The notes: generated by a model from the sequence alone, not told the origin. DNA of 64,000 nt from Candidatus Marinacidobacterales bacterium (GCA_965224085.1 CBDCYI010000009.1:512001-576000); one strand, 5' to 3'; positions 23,570-35,785 are shown, counted from the stretch's first letter. Numbers and translations: made by a program.

Positions 23570-23959
23570 AAGTTGGGTGGGTAGCCGAAGCACGGCTCTT
23601 GACCCGGTCGCAAACACAGACACTAAGCTGCTGATATTATGGTCTGTTTCAAAAGGCCGAGTTTTGGCACAGGACGGGGTGCCACCTTCTTTCTGTTTGG
23701 TATCGAACTCAAGCAGTAATGTCCGCGTTAGCTTACCGGCCGCAGCATTGATCGCTTTTTCATATATGTCGGTCGAAAAATCCAGAGATTCAGCCGGTTG
23801 CTCCAAAACGATTTTCCAGAGACGCTCGAGCCAGCCCTCCAGATCCGCAACGCGTTGCCGTGGTGCGGATCGGATCAGGTCAGCCAGACCGGAAGCCATT
23901 GGCTTCAAGACATCGGGATCAAAACCAGCTAAATGATCCAACGCGCGGATTGCGAGATC

Positions 23960-24385
23960 GTCGCAGATCGGCTTACTTCGAAAGGATGATCGGCTCCATT
24001 CGACGTGAGTGTCTCGACCACGTGATCGTCCTTGATGAGCGGCACCTGAAGCGAATCCTACGCAAATACGTCGACTACTATCATTCGTGCCGGACTCATT
24101 TGTCGCTTGAGAAGGACGCGCCTGAGCCTCGCCGGGTAGAGTCACCGGCGATGGGCAAAGTGAGAGCCATTCCAAAGGTCGGTGGTCTCCATCATTATTA
24201 CACTCGACACGCCGCTGCTTGAGCCGATCCGCTCGGGACGGCTACGGGACTTCGCGCCAGCTTACACCTATACCCCTGAGTAGAGCCGACGCCGATCCTC
24301 GAAACGTCCTACATGAAGACGACCCAAGCATCCTGGTTGCAGGCAGCTCGCTAATCTCACGCAGCTCGAGTTTATGGAAGGGACA
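23960..24385 (+). mobile_element. rve-integrase element 3' fragment and right end
   Basis: [14 protein letters not shown]...VGGLHHYYTRHAA, then end TTTATGGAAGGGACA; a related reverse copy lies at ~63715-64000. Confidence 0.75.
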
Positions 24386-24660
24386 GGCCCTTGGCCCAGT
24401 CGCTAAGCTGCTGATTTATGGTCTATTTCGAAAGGGCCGAGTTTTGGCACAGGACGGGGATGCGAATCCTGGCTTTACGTCACGCCAAGGAAAGGCGACC
24501 CGGAAGGGCTTCGCTGCCGCTGCATGGCGCTCAATCTAAACCTGAGACCGAAGTAACATACCGGACGACTTCCGCGCCACGGTAGGCGGCGTATCAAGGG
24601 TGCGCGGCGGGAGTCTGCCGGGATGCAGCAGGCCCGCAGGTTCTGCCAGAAAGGGAGTGA

Positions 24661-27600
24661 ATGAGCGACGCAGCGGTGGCGCCAGAACTCGTGAGGGCCG
24701 CCAAGTCCTATGCGCGGGATGCCGGTACCTTGATCGCGACCGGTTCGACGACGGAGGCCACCTACTACCCTGCCATCAAGGCGCTCGTCGCTGCAGCGCT
24801 CAGCGTCGAGGACCTGCCGTTTGACGTGCGGGTCAATACGAGTGAGGAGAAACCGGACGGCGGTATCAATCTTCCGGATGTCGCCCTCTACGACGCGGGC
24901 GGCCAGTTCCTCGTGGTGTGCGGCGAAGTCAAGCTTCCCGATACGGAGCTTGAAGAGCTCGCCATGTCGACGGATCGCAACGACCAGATCGGGCGCTACC
25001 TGGCCTCTACGCGGGCCGTTCTGCTCTCAAATGTGCGTGCGTTCGGACTCTTGACCGTCAAACCCGACTGGGACGGCAGCGGACCGGTGCCGCCCAAGAC
25101 GCGGCGTATCGAGCAAGTCGTTGATCTGTGGCCTTCGCCTGCGGCGCTGAAACAGAAGAAGCCAATCGATGCAGCGTCACTCGCCGCTTTCGCTGAGCTA
25201 GTCGAAACGGCTGTCACTCGCTACGCGCCAATCGCCGAGCCGGAATCGCTCGCGCGCATCATGGCGCTGCAGGCTAGACGCGCAAAGGCCGACTTGCCGG
25301 CCAAATTCACCCATGCCGTGCAGGGCCTGCTGGATGACTTCGGCAAGGCGCTGGGCGTGACATTCGAAGGCCCAGAGGGCGAGGAGTTCCTGCGCTCTTC
25401 CCTGATCCAGACAGCCTTCTACGGCCTTTTCGCTGGCTGGGCGCTGTGGTGGCAGGGCGAGCGCAAGTGGCCGTTTCGCTGGGAGGATTTGGCAGATTAT
25501 CTGAAGATTCCGTTTTTGGGCAGTCTGTTCTACGAATTCAGGCACCCATCGCGTATCAAGGAGCTGCGGCTCGCAAAGCATCTGGACATCGGGACGGAGA
25601 CCCTGACGCGTGTCGACCCCGAAAGGTTTTTCAAACGCTTCCGGCCGCCGACGCTTGACGAGGACACGCAGGCAACGACGACGGCGATCATGTATTTCTA
25701 CGAGCCCTTCCTCGAAGCGTTCGATCCGAAGCTTCGGAAGGAGCTGGGCGTGTGGTACACGCCGACGCATGTCATCCGCTACCAAGTCGCCAAGATTGAT
25801 CGCCTGTTGCGGGATGAACTCGGCTGCAGCCGAGGCTTTGCGGATGAGCGCGTCGTGGTTCTCGATCCGGCCTGCGGCACGGGCGCCTATCTTATGGAGG
25901 TTCTGCGCCACATGGCGCGGCAGCTTGCCGACGAAGGCGTGCAGGCCACACTTCCGGCGCAGTTGCTCGATGCGATGTGCCGGCGCTTCATCGGCTTTGA
26001 GATCCTTACGGCGCCTTTCGTGGTGGCGCAGCTGCAGGTCTATCTCCTGCTCTCGCAGGCTGGCGCGGAGCCGGACCCGAACCACCGGCCTGCGATCTTC
26101 CTGACGAATGCCCTCACGGGCTGGCACGGGCCGGACCAACTGAAGCTTAACTTCCCGGAGCTTCAGGAGGAGCACGACGCGGCGCGCGGCGTGAAGCGCG
26201 ATGCCAAGGTCATCGTTGTGCTCGGCAATCCCCCTTACAACCGCTTCGCCGGGATGCCACTGGAGGAGGAAGCAGCGCTCGTCGATCACTACAAGGGGAT
26301 CAAAAGAAACAAGGACGGCAAGCAGATAGGCCAGTCCGCGCTCTTCATCCGCTGGCGCATTCGCAAGCAGCTGCTCGACGATTTGTATGTGCGCTTCCTG
26401 AGGCTTGCTGAGGTTCGCATTGGCGAGAAGGCAGAGTTTGGCGTAGTGTCATACATCTCGAATTCATCCTTCCTGAGCGGGCGGTCGCATCCCATGATGC
26501 GCGAATCCCTGCTGCACAGTTTCCATGCGATCTGGATCGACAACCTTAACGGCGACAAGTACAAGACCGGCAAGGTCATCCCGGCCGGGCTGCCGGGTGA
26601 AGGCACGGCGGATCAAAGCATTTTCACCACCGGACATGACCCGCGCGGCATTCAGGTGGGGACCTGCATCACGACCTATCTAAAGCGCAAGCCGGTCACA
26701 CAGAATACCGGCGCAATCGCCGCGGTTAGTTACCGCAACTTCTGGGGCCGCGCGGAAGGCAAACGGGAGGCTCTTGTTGCGTCGTTGACTCTGAAGTCGT
26801 GGCCAAGAGCGAAGAGCGCGGGGGCCGCCCGCACACCGGCGGGACCGCGCGGTTATGAGCAATTCGTCCCGACAGACGCGACCGGCTGGCGTCTGATGCC
26901 CGCGAGCGGCAACGGCTTCGAGGAATGGCCGGGATTTGACGACGTCTTCCCTGTGTATTTTCAGGGCGTGAATCCGAATCGAGGCCTTGAAGGCAGCGTG
27001 ATCGACACAGATCGAACGGCGCTCGAAGAAAGAATGCGCGACTACTTTTCGAAGTCCAGCTTTGGCGAATTGAAGAAGCGCCATCCGATTCTATGCACTG
27101 AACGCGCGCGGTACAAGCCACAGGTGGCGCGTGAAACAATCCTAGCTGAGGGCAACTTCGATAGAGGGAAGGTGTTGCCCTATGTCGTGTTTCCGTTCGA
27201 TGTGCGCTGGATTTACTACGAGCGCGAGGCGAAGTTCCTTAACGAAAGTCGGCCTGATCTTGGTGATCATCTAAAGGACAACGAATTCCTCGTTAGTGCC
27301 CCGAAGGCCCGGCGCGTGTCAGAGAGCCGACCGCTCGTCTTGTCCTGGCTCTTCGATCTGCACCTGCACGATTGGGGTTCGGTGGGATTCCCTGCCGAGG
27401 TTAATCCTGATGAAGGGATCGTCGACCTCTTCAAGTCCCATCCTACCGACCTCAAGCGCAGCGCCAATCTCGCCGAGGGCGTCTGGACTGTTCTAAAGGA
27501 TGCCTGGGGAAAGAAGGGGGATCTAACAGGTAGGGACGCGAAGCGCCTGTGCCGGGGGCTTTTCCGCTACTGTCTTGCAATCAGCCATGCGCCGCAGTAC

Positions 27601-28236
27601 GAGGCCGACCACAAGGAGTCGCTCGCGCAGGACTGGCCGCATATCCCGATCTGCAAGGACGCAGCGGGATTCAATGAGATAGCAACGCTCGGGGAGCGGC
27701 TCGCGCGGCTGCTCGACCCGCAGGGTGATGCCGGCTTCGTTCTCAAGGACCTGCTCGACGAGGACGCGAAGACTCTTGCAGTTGTGCGCCAGGGCGCGAG
27801 GGGCAGCGTCAAGGAATCCGATCTTGTTGTTGAGCACAGATACTTTGGCAGTGCTGCGGGCAAGTGGGAAGAGAGGGCGCCGGAGGACACTGAGTCGCAG
27901 CATCCGGAGTGGGGTGCGCTCACCGGTGATCTCTATTTGAGCGACACGGTCTTCTTGAGTCACGTCCCGAAGGCCGTGTGGCGTTACGAAATGGGCGGTT
28001 ATCCAGTTCTGAAAAAGTGGCTCGGTTACCGCGATGCGCGGCGCCGGGACGGCGCTCCCTTGACCCTTGCTGAACTCGCGGATCTGCGCGGTATGATCCA
28101 TCGTATCGCTGCGCTCCTCACGCTTCGGCCGACCCTCGACAATGCCTACGAGAAGGCAAGCGCAGACGCCTGGCTGATCGACGAATTGACCGGCGAGGCA
28201 TCTGCAAAGCTCCCGGCCAGGCGCAACGATTCTTGA
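24661..28236 (+). CDS. N6-adenine methylase / type IIG or ISP-like R-M enzyme lacking a helicase domain
   Basis: N-terminal PD...EVK nuclease-like motif; YFYEPFL, GVWYTP, VLDPACGTG, GNPPY; C-terminal GGYPVLKKWL (ISP-type TRD). Confidence 0.85.
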   Translation: MSDAAVAPELVRAAKSYARDAGTLIATGSTTEATYYPAIKALVAAALSVEDLPFDVRVNTSEEKPDGGINLPDVALYDAGGQFLVVCGEVKLPDTELEELAMSTDRNDQIGRYLASTRAVLLSNVRAFGLLTVKPDWDGSGPVPPKTRRIEQVVDLWPSPAALKQKKPIDAASLAAFAELVETAVTRYAPIAEPESLARIMALQARRAKADLPAKFTHAVQGLLDDFGKALGVTFEGPEGEEFLRSSLIQTAFYGLFAGWALWWQGERKWPFRWEDLADYLKIPFLGSLFYEFRHPSRIKELRLAKHLDIGTETLTRVDPERFFKRFRPPTLDEDTQATTTAIMYFYEPFLEAFDPKLRKELGVWYTPTHVIRYQVAKIDRLLRDELGCSRGFADERVVVLDPACGTGAYLMEVLRHMARQLADEGVQATLPAQLLDAMCRRFIGFEILTAPFVVAQLQVYLLLSQAGAEPDPNHRPAIFLTNALTGWHGPDQLKLNFPELQEEHDAARGVKRDAKVIVVLGNPPYNRFAGMPLEEEAALVDHYKGIKRNKDGKQIGQSALFIRWRIRKQLLDDLYVRFLRLAEVRIGEKAEFGVVSYISNSSFLSGRSHPMMRESLLHSFHAIWIDNLNGDKYKTGKVIPAGLPGEGTADQSIFTTGHDPRGIQVGTCITTYLKRKPVTQNTGAIAAVSYRNFWGRAEGKREALVASLTLKSWPRAKSAGAARTPAGPRGYEQFVPTDATGWRLMPASGNGFEEWPGFDDVFPVYFQGVNPNRGLEGSVIDTDRTALEERMRDYFSKSSFGELKKRHPILCTERARYKPQVARETILAEGNFDRGKVLPYVVFPFDVRWIYYEREAKFLNESRPDLGDHLKDNEFLVSAPKARRVSESRPLVLSWLFDLHLHDWGSVGFPAEVNPDEGIVDLFKSHPTDLKRSANLAEGVWTVLKDAWGKKGDLTGRDAKRLCRGLFRYCLAISHAPQYEADHKESLAQDWPHIPICKDAAGFNEIATLGERLARLLDPQGDAGFVLKDLLDEDAKTLAVVRQGARGSVKESDLVVEHRYFGSAAGKWEERAPEDTESQHPEWGALTGDLYLSDTVFLSHVPKAVWRYEMGGYPVLKKWLGYRDARRRDGAPLTLAELADLRGMIHRIAALLTLRPTLDNAYEKASADAWLIDELTGEASAKLPARRNDS

Positions 28237-28459
28237 CCGCCCATGGTGTGCCTTCTATTTATTCATCCGCGCGCACCGAACTTGCTAAGCTGCTGATTTA
28301 TGGTCTATTTCGAAAGATCCGAGTTTTGGCACAGGACGGGGAACTCGAATCGCCGACATCGCCTCCGACCCCCAGATCTGGGGCTCGCCACGGGTTGATG
28401 ACGATCGAAACGGCCTCGACGCGCCGACCTTGCGTTCGTTTGTGTTTTTGGACACGACG

Positions 28460-28800
28460 GGCGAGGTCGCCGCTTGATCTGATACCATCACGAGGACGCG
28501 GAGAAGCGCCATTCTTTTCCACGAGATCAGGTACGCATCCGAACCGCGTCGCGTTGTCGGCGTTGCACCGGATGCACCGGAGTTTGTAGGAAGTAGGAAG
28601 TAGCCGACGTGGAAGTGTCCAGACGCTCCAGACGCGCTCCGCTCGGCCGCGAAGTTAGGCGGAGGGACAGGCCCGGTCCCGACACACGCGGCCGCCGCGA
28701 GTTCGACCGACGCCCGAGAATCGCAATCGAAAATCATTGCCGCGTGAGGCGAGGACGGATTGTGGTAATCTCCGCCCTGGCTCCGCTCGTGCATGGCGTT
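28460..28800 (-). pseudogene. possible plasmid replicase fragment
   Basis: AMIFDCD...PPPNF...SGHFHVGYFL resembles the Replicase family; degraded. Confidence 0.35.
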
Positions 28801-29539
28801 ACAAACGCACGTCAGAGACCCGTTTTCGCTCCCGCCTGGCCGGTTTCGGTTCCGGTCGCAAAATCCCGCCTTTTTGGGGAGCCGTTCGGCTCCCCACCCG
28901 CCCTTCATCGACATCTTCGGGAAGTACGAGTTCATCTCCATGAGTTCATCTCCATAGCAAGCTCGATTCGCTCGGCAAAGACGGGGTACCCTAAGAAATT
29001 CGGAGCCCCACAGGAAGCGGAACTGGTCGAGGTGCGAGCCACGAGCGAAGCCGCGCATGGACTCGGTGCGTGGTGGGCTGTTCCGGTTCGACCCGCAAGG
29101 AGGTGATGGAAGTCATGAAGCACGTTATCGCGATATCTTTGGCAGCAACGATCGTCGTTCTATGGCTGGCTGTGCCTTCTATTTACTCATCCGCGCGCAC
29201 CGAACTTGATTAGTCTCCGGTCTGCCGGCACCATGCCGGCATGATTTCGTCGTTTGTTCGCGCTCTCATCTCTGCGTTCAAGGCTCGTCGTGAGCTAGCT
29301 CTCGAGAATGTCGCTCTTCGGCAGTAGCTCGCCGTCCTCAGCCGTTCGGTGAAACGGCCGCGGCTCTCGAATGTCCCTGAGCGATGAACTATTATCGGTC
29401 GCAGGAAGGCTCCGCCCCAGATAGCGAGACTCAACTCAAACAGTCTCCGGAAAGCCCGGGGCTGTCCCTTCCATTTAATTGATCCAAATGAATTTAGAGC
29501 CCCGACCGCCATCATCTAAGGGTTCGTCATGGGGTGCCG

Positions 29540-29591
29540 AGTGTGCAATTTTCGTCCGCCACAAATGTGCAATTTACAGCCGCCGCTAACA
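29540..29591. mobile_element. IS21-like terminal repeat remnant
   Basis: Tandem TGTGCAATTT..CCGCC units ending in ACA. Confidence 0.45.
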
Positions 29592-30618
29592 ATGGTGACG
29601 ATCGCTACCCCGTCCTGTGCCAAAACTCGGCCCTCTTGAAATAGGCCATAAATCAGCAACTTATCGGCGCGGTAGGCTGGCTTATTGAGGCGTTCCCGTG
29701 ATAGGCTCGCGCCGTTAAATGGGTATGCCAGCGGCAATCTCCCAACAGGCGGTTACCACCGAGGGGCAAGCGTCCCCGTCCTGTGCCAAAACTCGGCCCT
29801 ATTGAAATAGACCATAAATCAGCAGCTTAGTGTCTGTGTTTGCGACTGGGCCAAGGGTCGTAGGCCGATCCGCGGCGAGACGTCGCCTAGGTAACCCCAC
29901 TTTCTCTATCCAGGCAATCCACAACTTTCAGGAATATGCGGAGGAGCCGACAATGATAACGGCACTGGGCTGGTTCACATACCGCGAGTGAGTGCCAACT
30001 CGGCGGCAAAAACCCTTCAGTTCTTCTTCCGACGATTCCCCGCTAGGATCGTCATCGTCCTGTGCATGATGTTCGCCACGAGAGTATTCGTTGATGTCAC
30101 GCAGGTCCTCGATCCCACCCTTGTACGGGTGGGGGGCACTCAAAAATGGCCGCTGAGCAGCGCTTTCACGCTGGCTTTTCCCACTCGCTTCGTGGCACAC
30201 TGGATCGCCTTTCGTGGCGTCGCATCTGTTGTCTGCAAAAACAAAGTTTAGATGCGAAAAGCCCACAGCTCCTGGTCACTGCCAGAAGCTGTGGGCTACT
30301 CTCTCACTCGAGCCCGTCCGAGATCAAAGCGTCACACGCCCGCTCCTCTGACATTCACGCTGAAACAAAACCCTCCCTACCCGTCATTGGTACTGCAACG
30401 TAACACCCCTCAACCGCCTTGTCTCGCTGCTCGAGTTCTGCTACCCTCACCGGGACTTAATCGGGCCGCACAGCCCTATCCCTTGGGGAAAATTCGAGCG
30501 GATCGGCGACGGACACGTATGAAATCTCCTATCTTTTCCAGGGCGTTCGAGCCTACTCCGGATCCCGCTTGAACCTCTGCTCGGGGGCCGATACAATCCC
30601 CTACAGGTCCAGATCCCC

Positions 30619-31968
30619 ATGAGGATTCGGATGTCCCACAGGCTCTTCTTCGCGCTTCTGCTGCTTTCCCTCTACGGCCCTACCCTGGCCAACGGCAAGG
30701 ACATTGTCGCCTCGCCCTCGTCTGCGAAAGTGATCGTGTTCTTAGACGGCAGATGGATGCGGGTGCAGCGTTACATAGCCGTGGAACCCGTGGTCTTGAT
30801 CACCACCACCGATGGGAAACTCCGGTCGGTGCGCCGGTCCTCTGTCAACCTGGAGGCCACGGAGCGGAAGTGGGGGATAGCATTGGCCGAGAATCGTCCT
30901 CGAAGCATAACAGATCGGCCAAACGGCTCTTTGTCGACTGGCGATCGCTTTGCTCTTCGCTCGACGTCGCTGGGAACGCATACCGATCACAAATTAACGT
31001 TTCCGATAAAGCGCTCACAGCTCAAGTTCTCGTTCGCTCGACAAAGGATGGATCCAAAGAAGCTGAAAAATCTGAAGCAGCTGTCCGAATATTTGAGCGA
31101 AAGAAATACGCTTATGCAATCCTCCGGAACTGTTCCCCTTCTTGACAAGCGGCTAGATAGTGAAGTCGAACTTGGTTACAGCTATATCCCCGGTGAACCG
31201 GAGCTTGGCGGGAAGAAAGGGGCGGCGGCGGCTCGGCTCGGCCTCAAGGGAAAATGGGATCGCGTGAAGTACTGGGGCGAGTACAGCTTCTATGGCAAAG
31301 AATTTACGAATATCCGGCGTCCCACTCTTAAGGACCGTGTGGGAGGGAAGATTGGAGCGAAGTTGAAATTGGGCGTTCTCAGTTCGAAAGCGGAGCTCAC
31401 CCGGTTTCATAACGATGTCCAGCGGGATCCTACTGAATCTCAGACCATTAAGTCTCAGGGAAAGGTATCCTTCGATCTGGCGGTTCCGCAGTGGCCAAAG
31501 TTGACACTCACCTATAAGCGCAGGGACAAAGAAACATCCAGGCCAAACGGCACAGTGAGCCAAAAGTTTTCAGCCAACACGGTAAGTGGGACGTTGCGGT
31601 ACTCGCGATCGACGTGGGAGATCAAGCCCTCCCTCAAGTTCACCCGGTATATCTACCCTTCGCGCGATTACCGCAAGGAGAGACTTTATGCCTCTTTGGT
31701 TTCAGATTACTCCATCATAGAGAGGTCGATGACCCTTTCTCTCACTGGAAGATTCACCGCCGATAAGGCCACCGATGGAGATTACGATACTCAACGTTTC
31801 GACGGCTCTATAGGGTTAGTAAAGAATGTTAGCAACGTATTCGGCCTTCCTGACGATAAGGCGATCCTGTCTGTTAAGCTGAATTACAGCCGATATATCG
31901 ACCTGGTCGATCAGGGCGCCGATCTTGAAAAATACTCCGTACTTTTACTGTGTGAGATTAGCCCCTAA
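30619..31968 (+). CDS. secreted / outer-membrane beta-barrel-like hypothetical protein
   Basis: Signal peptide; alternating beta-strand pattern rich in Y, S, T and K; 449 aa. Confidence 0.55.
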   Translation: MRIRMSHRLFFALLLLSLYGPTLANGKDIVASPSSAKVIVFLDGRWMRVQRYIAVEPVVLITTTDGKLRSVRRSSVNLEATERKWGIALAENRPRSITDRPNGSLSTGDRFALRSTSLGTHTDHKLTFPIKRSQLKFSFARQRMDPKKLKNLKQLSEYLSERNTLMQSSGTVPLLDKRLDSEVELGYSYIPGEPELGGKKGAAAARLGLKGKWDRVKYWGEYSFYGKEFTNIRRPTLKDRVGGKIGAKLKLGVLSSKAELTRFHNDVQRDPTESQTIKSQGKVSFDLAVPQWPKLTLTYKRRDKETSRPNGTVSQKFSANTVSGTLRYSRSTWEIKPSLKFTRYIYPSRDYRKERLYASLVSDYSIIERSMTLSLTGRFTADKATDGDYDTQRFDGSIGLVKNVSNVFGLPDDKAILSVKLNYSRYIDLVDQGADLEKYSVLLLCEISP

Positions 31969-32761
31969 TCTCATGCCCTCTTTCAGGCGTCCAGGAGGTT
32001 GAGATTGCCGTATAGAAAAGCTGATTAAAGCCAATTAAAATTCCGGCTCGAACGACCACCCGTCGATGATGCGTGCGGGGACCAGCACGTGACAGCGGCC
32101 GTTAAATCACTGTAGAAAAATAGGATAGAACGAAATGGGCACCAAGGTTGAAACCCGAGAGCACGTAAAACAGCCTTCTCCCAGAACCAGGATCGAGGCC
32201 GAGGCTACCGCGGCGTAGCTGCCCTAGCACGTTCTGGTCCAGGTGCGCGTGAGCGTCCTTCATGTCTTTACTTGTCTCGGATTGGACCTTAACCAGGGTC
32301 CGGACCTCATGTGCTTCTTCCCCGGCGCACAGCCCGCTTCACCTCCTGCTCCTTCGGCACGAAGCCGCGCCATCCATTCGGCGCACGTCGGTGCTTGCGC
32401 TGTTTACTGTTGGTGATGTGTACGCATCCCTTGGCAAAAAAGGCGCTTACGCTCCATTTGGCGCGCAGCGAAGGTGTAGCATGTTTTCTTCAAGAAAAGG
32501 TAGGGATAGGTCAAAATCCCATGAAGATGATTTTTCAGACCGCTTTATGAAGGATAGCTGACAGATGGTCTGGAATATTTTAATCAGATGAGAGAGTTTT
32601 ACGTTCTTCATAATAGGTTTAGTTTTCGCTGAGTGTACAGTGACGGTAATAACCTGACAGCCCGTATGGTGCAAATAGTACGTCGAGTTCGATGTCGGCC
32701 CGTGGAGGGTCGATAACCGGATCTGCGCGAACGCGAGAATTCAATGGGCCGTCAGCCAAGG

Positions 32762-33060
32762 TCAATGCCACTCACGCAGATAATGGAGACGATATTGGCG
32801 GAGAGCGCGTTCCAACGCATTCCGTCCAAACAAGACCATCCTGTTCAGGCACTCCTGTTTGACCGAGCGCACGAAACGCTCCGCGTGAGGATTGCAGTTC
32901 GGAGATTTGGTCGGAATCGGGACGATGTCCACGTCGTTTTCCTTCAGGAACTTCTCGAAACTCCGTTGTGTATTTCGAATCTCGGTCGATGGTGAGGTGC
33001 GAGTAGCCTCGGAGAAAGCTGTCGTCGAACGCGGCAAGGTCGAGCGCTACTTGTTTCATG
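32762..33060 (-). pseudogene. rve-integrase fragment
   Basis: IDRDSKY, PTKSPNCNPHAERFVRSVKQECL in broken frames. Confidence 0.7.
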
Positions 33061-33436
33061 AAGACTTGCCGGGGTTTCTTTCGACGTACACACTTTGTTG
33101 TACCCGTCGCACCGTTATTGCATCTCCGTGAGGGCCTCTGGGTATGGCTCGGATACCATGAGGAATGGTACGAAGAACGTCGAACGCGGTGGCGCTCGTC
33201 CTGTGCCAAAACTCGGCCCTCTTGAAATAGGCCATAAATCAGCAGCTTAGTGTCTATACTACCTTCGAGAGGAGATTCGGTCGTCTTGATCTATAGGAAC
33301 CTCAGAACGAGCCTTGAAGGCAGAGATGAGAGCGCGAACAAACGACGAAATCATGCCGGTATGGTGCCGGCAGACCGGAGAGATTAATCAAGTTCGGTGT
33401 GCGCGGATGAATAAATAGAAGGCACAGGAAAAGAAA

Positions 33437-34288
33437 ATGCCTTGGACTGCGGCATCTGGAAAAACGTACAAGCTTTGTCTACTCGACACGAACGCGCTAA
33501 GCGAGATCGTCAAACGTCCCCGCCGGGAAGGTCGACACTTTCTGGAGCACTTCGGTCCTGAGCGGCATGTGCCGTGCTTCACCGTGTACAATCTCGTAGA
33601 ATTGCGTCGCAGGCGTGACATTTACAGACGTTTCGTCGAAACGTTCTCAAAATACCCATTCTTTCTTCTCAAACTATGGCAAGATATCCTTGCGGAAGAG
33701 CGCGATACGTATTCGACCGCGACGTCGGCGAGCCCACTGCTTCAGCCTTTCACGCCTTTAGCTTCGAATCGCACGTACAGTTTCGGCGAGTTCGTAGATC
33801 GCCTTGTTGTTCAGGAGTGGTTTGTTGACCTCGAACTCAAATGGCGTAAGGAGGAAGTGCAAATTCTCAACTCGTGGCTCGCGAATCGGAAGAACTTCCA
33901 GCCTCGACGATAAGTTCCCAACGCGCAAGATGCTGAGCGTTACGTCAATGAGGCAGCCATTCAGACGCTAATATCGTTTTTCCCTGACTGGACTCGGTCG
34001 CTTGTCGAACGGCACGAAGCTCCCGACGTCTCGAGGTTCCCCGCATTACAGGTGATGCTTTATTCGCAATACTACAGACTGTGGGATCCGAATTGGAATC
34101 CTCGATCGCAAGAAGTTACAGATGTTCGGATTATGGCAGCTGCCCCCTACGTCGATGTTGTGATAACCGAAGGTTTCCAGAACGAAATTTTCAAGAAAAT
34201 TCGCACTCGAGTGCCCAAGCTCAGAGAAGTCGAAAGCGTACCGGTTCGACAACTCGCCGATAGTTCAAGTCGGTCTCCGTCCATCTAG
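33437..34288 (+). pseudogene. PIN-like domain protein with an internal TAA at 33911
   Basis: LLDTNALSE PIN start; the frame continues past the stop to ...TDVRIMAAAPYVDVVITE. Confidence 0.6.
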
Positions 34289-34540
34289 CGTGACAACGAT
34301 AAAACTGAACTCTGCCGTCCACGTCGTTCATTTCCTTGCGATGAACCCACGGTGCCATCGGAGAACCGTATCCGGGGTGACCAGAGTTGCCACTTCCGCG
34401 AGGAATTTCCGTCCAAACTCTTTCCCGTCCTGTGCCAAAACTCGGCCCTTTTGGAATAGACAAGAAATGGTGGCAGTTAAACTAATTCTTTACAGCACGC
34501 GAGAGCGACACAATGGTAAGTTGATCGTTGGCGTTTACGA

Positions 34541-35056
34541 ATGAAAGCAAGCGTACATAGCACAAAGTCGTCGTACCGCGCGATGCTTATCGAGCATCTC
34601 TTCGTCGGTGAATTGCTCCGCTGTGCGTGGCGCCAAGGTGCGTTTATCGAAGTCTTGAAGCCACAGGTCGACGACGCGGGTTACGACCTTCTGCTTGAGT
34701 CCAATGGAATTGCTAGACATCTCCAGCTGAAGGCGTCGTTTCACGGTTCAAAGACGGCAAGGCAGAATATCCACCTTGAACTCGGGGCAAAGCCAAGCGG
34801 CTGCATCGTGTGGATATTGGTTGATGCAAAAATGCTGGCGTTGGGGCCTTTTCTATGGTTTGGTGGGACACCCGGCGAAAAACTGCCGAGCCTGTCGATG
34901 TTCAAGGTTGCGAAGCATTCCAAAGCGGATATGACGGGGAGGAAAGCAGAACGATCCATGGTCCGTGTTGTACCAAAATTGAAGTTCGAGGAACTTTCTG
35001 GCATCGAGGAGCTATTGGCTCGTTTGTTCGGCCGAGCAGACCTTGCCATTCGATGA
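34541..35056 (+). CDS. putative PD-(D/E)XK nuclease-fold protein
   Basis: E-H...VDDAGYDL...HLQLKAS motif. Confidence 0.55.
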   Translation: MKASVHSTKSSYRAMLIEHLFVGELLRCAWRQGAFIEVLKPQVDDAGYDLLLESNGIARHLQLKASFHGSKTARQNIHLELGAKPSGCIVWILVDAKMLALGPFLWFGGTPGEKLPSLSMFKVAKHSKADMTGRKAERSMVRVVPKLKFEELSGIEELLARLFGRADLAIR

Positions 35057-35323
35057 GTGTGAACGGCCGTATAGTGCAAATAGTAAGTCGAGTCTCGACG
35101 TCGCGTCTGGTGACGAAATAGCCGTTCTTGCCTTTTTCCCACGCGCGATCCAGGCCCTGTTTTTTGGGTTTCCAACCGAGACCGGATAGCTCCAAACTGC
35201 CCCATCCGCCACTCAGTCCGGCCAATTATGGCACTGCAGAGACGGTTGAGATTTTCCGCGCGGTTTGCGGGGTTTTGCAGGGGTAGGTGTCACCAGAGAC
35301 GCGCTAGAAGGGCTGAACGGGCC

Positions 35324-35785
35324 TCATTTTCGGTATTGGTCTAGCAAGACGTCCTGCGGCGTTGGCTTGCGCCCGAGCCGCTCACCGAGTTGCTTTACGC
35401 TTAGAGGGTACGGCTCCTTCCATCTCAGGAAGAACCGCTCCGGCGTGCCGACCGTTCCGTAGACGGCCCGTTCGCCACAGGTTCCGACGAGAATCTGCGC
35501 CGCCTCGAAGAGCCTCGGTGCCCCCTGGTCCTTCCACTGCGTGCCAGCCTCCTGGTACCGGTGGAGCTGCTGGATCGCCTTCGCCTTCCAGGCATCGCCG
35601 ATGGTCGGGCTCTTGCATTCGATGACGGCGAGCGGGAGGCCGTTGACGAACACCACGACATCCGGGACGATGTGCTTCTTCGACCCGAGCACCTTGTACT
35701 GACGGGTAACAATCCATTCGTTGCGGTCAGGCCCGATCGAAGTCGAAGAACCGGACTGTATGGCTTTTCCGTCCGTCGCCCCGGT
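35324..35785 (-). pseudogene. hsdR: type I R-M HsdR internal fragment
   Basis: PDVVVFVNGLPLAVIECKSP...AIQQLHRYQ nuclease motif; truncated at both ends. Confidence 0.85.
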
